NCBI RefSeq assembly: GCF_009914755.1 | Contig: NC_060942.1 | Strand: one strand, 5' to 3' | Source of the DNA: the human T2T-CHM13v2.0 reference genome, Homo sapiens | DNA: 64,000 bases | Shown: piece after piece, positions 58,030 through 64,000 of the stretch | Numbering within the stretch: position 1 is the stretch's first letter | Layout: every line of letters begins with the position of its first letter | Program-made: the position numbers and the translations under genes | Notes under the pieces: generated by a model | The model's database searches: none | What the model was told of the DNA's origin: nothing | What the model saw: only the letters and a program-made list of their open reading frames with translations

Positions 58030-59559
58030 TAGGAATTCTTTTTAGAAAGAGAGAAAAATACATCAATTTAAAAGGGAGTGTGTTGTCCATGTATCTCTAC
58101 TTGTAATGGGTGAAGAGTTGGAAAGTTGTTAAATAATCCCAGGTTCCACGCAGCTTCTGTGACCTGTTGTCCCCTTCGACAGGCACCTGAACCCTTATTT
58201 GGATGTCATGGAGATGCGGCAAGAAGCTCGTGGTTTATCTTTAACACCAGTGATTTACACTAAGAATTTACTTTGGGCATTTCAGTGATGTCTTGTGGAG
58301 CCTGAACTAGGCTATCAAAAATAAATATGTAACAGTATTTTCCTGCAAGGAATACTGACGTACTTAAAATAAGGCATCCTTGGCAGGCAGTGTAAAGTTA
58401 GAGAGCTCCTGCCTTCAGCCCATGGTTCCAATTAATACGCTTCCAATAGCATCATAGCTACAACCTTGAGGATTTCTATCTCCCACCTGGACTAATAAAT
58501 TGATCTCTTAGAAACAAGCTGTGAGCACAATTTTAAATTTAAATAACTATGTCTCTCAGATTGCTGTGCTTTCAGTCACGATATTAGCTCAAATGAAGGA
58601 CATACTGAATTGAATATCTGGCTATGTTGGCAGAAGCCTTCAGCCTAATCAAAAAATTTATGGGCAGACAAATTTGCTCGGCAGCCAGACATCTTCTCTA
58701 AATCTAGACGTACAAGTCATTTAACCACTGATCTACAGTGTCCCTGAGCTTCCTCGAGGTCAATTAGAGGACCTTATCCATTTAGTTCAGCTTCATGACT
58801 TTAACAAATGATTTGCTGTTTCTTTTTTTTTCTTGGTTACCAGAAGCTAATAAAAACTTCACGGAGATTTAGAGACAACTAATGACATCAGGAACGTTGG
58901 CTGCCATGCCTACCTGCTCTAGTTCTCGTTTGGAAATTCCCCATGCTCAGCTGTGAAAGAACAGAATGGAAACCAATCAAGGGACGGGGGATATTGATAT
59001 CTAGCCTACATGGATGGAGAAGACATCGAAAGATAGGGAGAATGACATCACAAAACCTTCAATGCCTTCCAGTCCACAGGGAGGCGGTCACTCACAGATG
59101 CAATAACCTTTCGGGGTCTGCCTCTGAAAACATTCAGTGAAAGTTGGTGACTTGGTTCATTTTTCAGGCAAAGAAATGAAGGCATGGGTTGAAAATAGAC
59201 AGAGCTATAAGGCTTTAAGAGTGGCAGCTTTCTGTCCAAATTCCAACAAAAATAGTTATCAGATCTCTCTCTTTTTTTTTAAAGGCAGCAGGAGAACATA
59301 GATCCAAAATTCTGTGTAATCCACTCAACTAAGACTATAACAACAACAAACAGTTCTATAGTGCAGTTTATGTTATTCTTGGCAGAGCTCAGATCTCAGG
59401 TGACATCAAAGGTGACTACATAGATATATATACAATGAAGTCAGCTTATAATTCATTTCTATTAGATTTACAAATTTAAACTGCTTAGGGCTTACAAGTT
59501 TCCGAGAGACAGAGAATACCACAAAGAAGTGGATAGATGGCAGATGACACATGCGAGAC

Positions 59560-59990
59560 CCAAAGTGCTAATTTCCTGAATATACAAAGAGCTCTTACAA
59601 GTTAATCAAAAGACAAATAACTCAATGAAGTAATGGGCTCTTGCCTATGTTATGAATATTTTCATCTGGTATGACATTTACTCTTTGATTTCATTATTTT
59701 TGTGATTTTCATAGGCTTGTATTTTATGTAGTCAAATCTCTATGTCTTTCTATCACTTTTGTGTTTAGAAGGACGTTCCTCCTTCTGAAGTACACATATT
59801 TGATTTTGGATTTGAGATGGCATTCATTTCTGATCCATCTATAAAGTTTTTGGTGTGTGGTTAAAGGTAAAAATAGACTCACATTTTCCTAAATAATTAG
59901 CCAGTTGTTCCAGCTCCATTTATTGAGTGGTCCTTCCTTTCCCAACTGATGCGCGGTGTAACCTTTATCATATATTAAATACTCATGTGT
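59560..59990 (-). mobile_element. Old L1 fragment (antisense) with an inverted terminal piece
   Basis: ttttatgtagtcaaatct...tttgatccatct-like...agccagttgttccagctccatttattga; 59560-59637 reads as sense L1. Confidence 0.7.
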
Positions 59991-60234
59991 GCTAAAAATA
60001 AAAAGTCATTTCAGTTGAGTGCTGTGAATTAATCCAAGGAGTTTGCAGAGGTGGCGTTTGCAGCATGAGATTGTCCTTCCTTTCCACTCCTCCCCAGAGA
60101 CTGAAAACAGAGGGAAGGAAGCCAGGGAAACATTAAACAAGGTCTGCTGCTCTGGATAATGTCTATGAGGAAAAAAAACGCAGGCTGAGATTTTATGATT
60201 TAAAGACTATTATGCTGCTTAAAGAACCCTGCAA

Positions 60235-60400
60235 GAGTAACAATAGCTGCTATTTATTGGGCGCTTGCTCTATGCCAGGCACTGTTCCCAGCGGCCCCAC
60301 CATGACGTCACTCCATCCTTACGACCTAACCCTAACCCACGCTATGGACACTTTTATCATCGCCCCGATTTTAGACATGAGGAAACTGAGACTCTGAGAC
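60235..60400 (-). mobile_element. MIR
   Basis: atttattgggcgcttgctctatgccaggcactgtt...attttagacatgaggaaactgagactc. Confidence 0.8.
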
Positions 60401-61354
60401 ACTGTGTCCCTTACCCCACAGTCATTCAGAAGAACAACCACCCCAAATGTGGCTAAGCCAGCCAGTCAACAAGAGCGCTAGGATTGTTACCTTCTTCAAA
60501 ACAATACCTCTCAGCAAAGCCATCAAATGTCAACCAACACACCAAGGAAGGTCCTTGCAGATGGAACACAGGGAAACTGTTATCTCACAGGAGTGGTACC
60601 AGCACGTAAAGGAGTCAAGCGCAGCAAATTCTAAGGTGCAGAGAAATGGACCACTGTCAATTTCCAGGAACTCATTTCACTCCTGTCTTTTCACATTAAT
60701 GTTTCTCCTTTCCAGGAAAGCCAAGGAAAAGACTTTTCATCCAACTGGCTTAGGAGGCAAGACAGAAACCTTTTCCGCATAAGATCCTATCACAGCTGGG
60801 CAAATTCTGTACCTAAATCTTTGGAGATGAGTGGCCTCTCGGTGTTTTCATTATTTATAATTAATTGTTCATTTATCAGACTTTGTGGAGTGTCTCAATG
60901 GGCAGCGAGGTGTGAGGCACAGGGAGTATGTGGTAAAGCCCTCAAGCCCTCTGCCTTCACGCAGCATCCATTTGGGGGGATGCACCCCCAACCCAAGGCG
61001 GGGGTGTGTGCTGTGGTGTCACAGGAAGTGCTGCCTTTCTCGAATGGGGCTGTGTTTACACAGGGCCAGGAGAACTAGATGCTGAATTGGGGTCAGGCTT
61101 CAGGAGTCCTGGCTTTTGGGACCACTTTGACACTTCCTGTCTTCACAGCCGTCATCCTATTTCGGGATTCTTATCCCCAAAACAGGAATATTAACACAGC
61201 TCCGCCTGTCTCTGCAGGTCATCAAGAGCAAGCACCTAGTGAGTGTGAAAGCATCTTCAGTGTGGGAGTTGCTGTATAGATGCAGAGTTTTACTACTGAA
61301 AGGAGGAATACTACTGTTGATTTGTTTTTGTTTCTCGGTTGTTGTGCGTGTGTT

Positions 61355-61374
61355 TTGTTGTTGTTGTTGTTGTT
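61355..61374. repeat. (GTT)n short trinucleotide repeat
   Basis: ttgttgttgttgttgttgtt. Confidence 0.9.
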
Positions 61375-64000
61375 TTACCATCTTGGTCCTAAGTAGCTCG
61401 TTTGCCGGCCCAGCCTTAATGGCCAGTTGGCTCCAAGTCAGAAGACATGATCTCCTCCCCCATTCTCCATGCCATTGTTTAAAGCCCCTCCTGAGGAATG
61501 GGCTGCCTTGGTGTTTTGTCAGTTCAAACCACATCCTGCCTGTTTCCACTTTCCATAAGACAACTCGCAACACCGGTGGTTTTCAGATGTGGCCGGCTTC
61601 TTGGTGAAGCGATAGCAGAGGCCTTGTTCACAGAAGTGAAAATAATTCACCCAGTGGTTAGCACATCAGGTGTGGGCATTGAGTGTACCCCGCTCCCCGC
61701 TTGATCCCAATCCCTGGTTGGGTTTGGGAGTGGACGGCTGCCCAACCTCCTGGCACTGTCTTGACCCACAGCCTTCTCTGGGATGAGGACTAAGCCAGAA
61801 GCAGTAAGGACAGAGGTGTCTCAGGCTGTCCAGGCCTGGCCTGAATCCCATGACAGCAAGGGTGTGGCCTGCAGAAGCTGGAAACGACCACGGTGGCCTT
61901 CTAGTAACTTTACAGATGAGGAAACTGACTCCAGAGAGGGCTGGTCAGTTGCAGGCAGAGCCTGGACTGGCACCTGGGTCTCTGGGCTCCAGGCTCAAGT
62001 TCATTCTAAGCAGACCAGTTGTACCCATCGCTGTAATTGAAAGACTTGTTGGCATCAACAGAACTAGTAACTGGGTTTGGTCCTGGTGACCAAGGGGCAC
62101 ATCTCCCAGCTGGAAGCTGTTTGCTAAGAGCAAGGTTACGGCCCGCACTGGGCTACCAAACAACAGAGCAAGCCCACGCTCAGGGCATCAGCAAGCAGGG
62201 TTATGAAATAAAACAAACATTTGAAAGAATTCGACACTTGAAGAAGAAAAAGAGGAGGTGAAGGAGGGCAGAAGGAAAGTCGGAAGCAGCAGCAGCAGCC
62301 AGTCATCATGAGAAAATCAGAGCTTTGTGGGATTTTAAAACTTGTGGTTTGGAAACGTTTTTATTATTTAGATGCATGAGGGCAGACACCACCATCTTTT
62401 AAATGTTCACAGGAGGCCAAAGTATGCAAGAGCCACGGCCTAAAGCAGGGCTGTGGGCAGAGCCAGACCTGGGCCGTCAGAGTCCAGGGAAGGGCTCAGG
62501 ACCGGGCTGTGCAGCGTGTCCCGAGTGTGTCACCCACAGCCCCACGATGTCCAGTGGGCAGACCAGGCCAGCAGACACATGGCCCTCTATCTCTACTTCC
62601 TTCTGGGAGGGTCTGGGAGGCTAAGGTAGCCCTGACCATAGAAAACATGGATTTTCCAAGACGTCTTCCCTGGAGACTTCTGCTCTTGAACAATGCTTAT
62701 CTATCACAAGGTTGAGGGCTCTCCTTATCTTTCAAGAGTATGAGGTGGCCTGTAAATGCTTCACTTATTAACTCAGCTCTGATTCTCCCTGGGAGGCCAA
62801 GGGCTGAGTGAAACTCTAACGTGGGCATGTGGACAGCTTGTGGTGCCCTGTAGCTCTGCACCATGGGCCTGCAGGTGCACAGCCAGTCCTATGGCCTCCA
62901 GAGGAGCAGCGCAAACCCTTAGCCTGGGTGGGGAAGGAGCACAGCGCCAACAGAACTACTGCTGGAGTGGGCCCCTGTCTATCACCAGCACCTGGAAGTG
63001 CCCCATCCCAGGCCTGTCCCAGCCCGGCATCTGAGCTAATTACAGCTCCGTTGTGGGGAGAGTCAGCCGTGTCAGTTTAACTGACAGCCCAGATAAGAGG
63101 TACTGGGCAGAGTCTCACAGGTTGCACAACAAACCACTCTGCCAACTGAGGGCAGAGGCAAGTCTTTTTCAGTCCCTATGGTCAGAAACGAATTTCCTGG
63201 ATGGCTGTCTTCTCCACCTCCTCTCCATCTCTTATTTTTAGTTTTCAGGTTGGTCTGAATTAGGTTTTGGCTTTTTGGGGGTGGGGTGGGGGGAGGATGA
63301 TGGGTGATTTTTTCTTTCACTCATTTAAGCATCAGCCTCGTATCTGGCATCTGGCCTATGCCTTCCTTTCATGGTTCAAGATGTGCCCAGGGCTGTCGTA
63401 TGTCATTGGCCAGGGTTGGGAGCCCATAACGCCAAGGCCACCAGCTCCACTGTGATGAGCAGATGAGCTTGGCCATGTGGCAAACAGTGAATTTAGTGCT
63501 GCAGCATGTTCAGCGGATTCATGAAGTCTTCTGCTCATTCAAGAAGGGATGTTCTCCCTGACAGCTGCATCCCCAAACTCACACCAAACAGCTTGCCAGT
63601 CAGGTGCCCCCACCCCCGTGCTATGAGGCTCTCCCCATAGAAGATCAATCAGCCTTCCTCTCCTGTGGGCTCCACCTGCACCCCTCGCTCCAACACCATC
63701 TGCCCACACCGTCCTGTGTAGTTGCTGTCCATTTATTCCATCTCCATTATAGTGTCTGTCTGAACAGCAAATATGAGGCTTCACAGAAGCATTGAAGATC
63801 TAAAAAGCATTTGTAACTGACTGTAAGCGAATTCAGCATGAGGCCTCAGGTGGCATACGAGCCTCTGGCACTTTCGTCTTACCCACACTTGAGACACTGT
63901 AGATCTCAAGGCAACATCAGGACCATCCAGGGCAGGTGGCAACAATTTTCTTTTAAAATTCCAAGGTAGCTTAAGCCAAGCCTGTAAGTGGATTGATAGG

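Larger units (their letters stand above)
58900..61700. promoter_or_regulatory. Candidate signal-responsive enhancer cluster
   Basis: NF-kB GGGAATTTCC (minus, 58932-58941), CRE TGACGTCA 60303-60310, TTCCAGGAA at 60662-60670 and 60710-60718, GCAGGATGTGGT (minus, 61528-61539). Motif evidence only. Confidence 0.4.

Noticed and set aside
61157-61607. 138-aa poly-Q ORF (minus) and 122-aa poly-C ORF (plus)
   Set aside because: Homopolymers come from the (GTT)n repeat; non-ATG starts and no recognisable domain.

Overview
Human non-coding DNA: intergenic, or intronic within a large gene or lncRNA. An AluYb8-type element at 35841-36160 points to human, since this lineage expanded on the human branch. 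I find no supportable protein-coding exon, RNA gene or processed pseudogene. The long ORFs in the track are translations of Alus, LTRs, L1 relics or simple repeats, and I cannot assign a gene name or locus. A large share of the window is interspersed repeat: about 28 Alu-family copies (FAM, FLAM/FRAM, J, S, Y, Yb), L1/HAL1, L2, L3/CR1, MIR, MaLR LTRs (MLT1, THE1), an ERVL-type internal relic and hAT-Charlie MERs. Tandem repeats include a 13 x 19-bp VNTR, a 1.1-kb GT-rich array and several STRs. I see no evidence for a wholly new biological system. The best leads are: (1) an ancient MLT1 LTR that has kept a CpG-dense core with an E-box/CCAAT pair, a candidate exapted promoter; (2) a repeat-poor 58-64 kb segment with canonical NF-kB, STAT, CRE and ETS:RUNX sites; (3) the 19-bp VNTR carrying N-box and forkhead-like motifs; (4) several template-switch scars (perfect hairpins, a micro-inversion, a local templated copy); (5) a young AluYb whose target-site duplication seeded an (AT)20 microsatellite. 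Repeat subfamily calls are by eye against remembered consensus sequences, and boundaries of old elements are approximate.
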